From positions 160,001 to 224,000 of the forward strand of contig CAVYHV010000006.1 in NCBI GenBank assembly GCA_963768425.1: DNA of 64,000 nt, written 5' to 3'. Source of the DNA: Candidatus Bathyarchaeota archaeon (GTDB taxonomy: Archaea; Thermoproteota; Bathyarchaeia; Bathyarchaeales; Bathycorpusculaceae). Below the pieces are notes generated by a model. The model saw nothing but the letters and a program-made list of their open reading frames with translations. It had not been told where the DNA came from and ran no database searches. A program made the translations under genes and the position numbers. Shown piece after piece: positions 63,674-64,000 of the stretch (positions within the stretch are counted from its first letter, which is position 1; each line of letters starts with the position of its first letter).

Positions 63674-63928
63674 TTGGATTTCAAAATTCATTGTTTTGCA
63701 GGTGTGTGCTTATTGCCTGACAAAATAATAATTGAGCCACCAGAGATTTCATTGGAAGAATACAAAAAGTACAGTGGAATGGACGTGGCTATATACAAAC
63801 ATAAGATAGTAGCTGCTGGTCGAACATCAAGCGAGGCATTAAATGCGGCGTTAAGAAAATATCCGAAAGCGAAGACAGAAGAAATAGAAATTGAGTATAT
63901 CGAATCAGCGGATTTCCTAATACTTTGA
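63674..63928 (+). CDS. DUF5678-like small protein
   Basis: KYSG..VAI...KIVAAG.T..EA...A.RKYP. Confidence 0.7.
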   Translation: MDFKIHCFAGVCLLPDKIIIEPPEISLEEYKKYSGMDVAIYKHKIVAAGRTSSEALNAALRKYPKAKTEEIEIEYIESADFLIL

Positions 63929-64000
63929 AAAACATGCGTTTTCAAGCTCTTGACGTGACGACTGGTTTTGCCGACTCGGCCTGAAAAAACTTTCATGATA

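Overview
Archaeal genomic window, most likely Bathyarchaeia (inferred from gene content: Rad50, a large secreted PQQ-type beta-propeller, tandem Lrp, DUF2284, frequent TTG starts). Many genes are split by single-base indels, very densely in 20.2-23.6 kb and 60-63 kb. These look like uncorrected long-read errors, so gene boundaries are reconstructed by hand. The left half holds housekeeping and cobalamin-salvage genes (rad50, cbiZ, btuFCD-like ABC, HemN-like radical SAM, PPK2) mixed with small genes and mobile-element debris. It also has a fluoride riboswitch heading a prenyltransferase-repeat/crcB/DUF190 operon. The right half is an accessory and defence region: toxin-antitoxin pairs, a GGCC-type restriction-modification system with Vsr, an IS1182 element inserted in an AbrB antitoxin gene, and an orphan viral terminase module. 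The top finding is a candidate archaeal RiPP cluster on the minus strand (47572-52438). It encodes an RRE-bearing radical SAM/SPASM enzyme, a precursor with 3.5 tandem (N/D)DCPTPLCSSCG cores between a leader and a follower, a B12-dependent radical SAM enzyme, and a class I methyltransferase whose N-terminus is a fused copy of the precursor scaffold. A ~260-bp direct duplication of the 3' end of an acyl-CoA synthetase/GNAT gene brackets the cluster. No tRNA, rRNA or CRISPR array was recognised.
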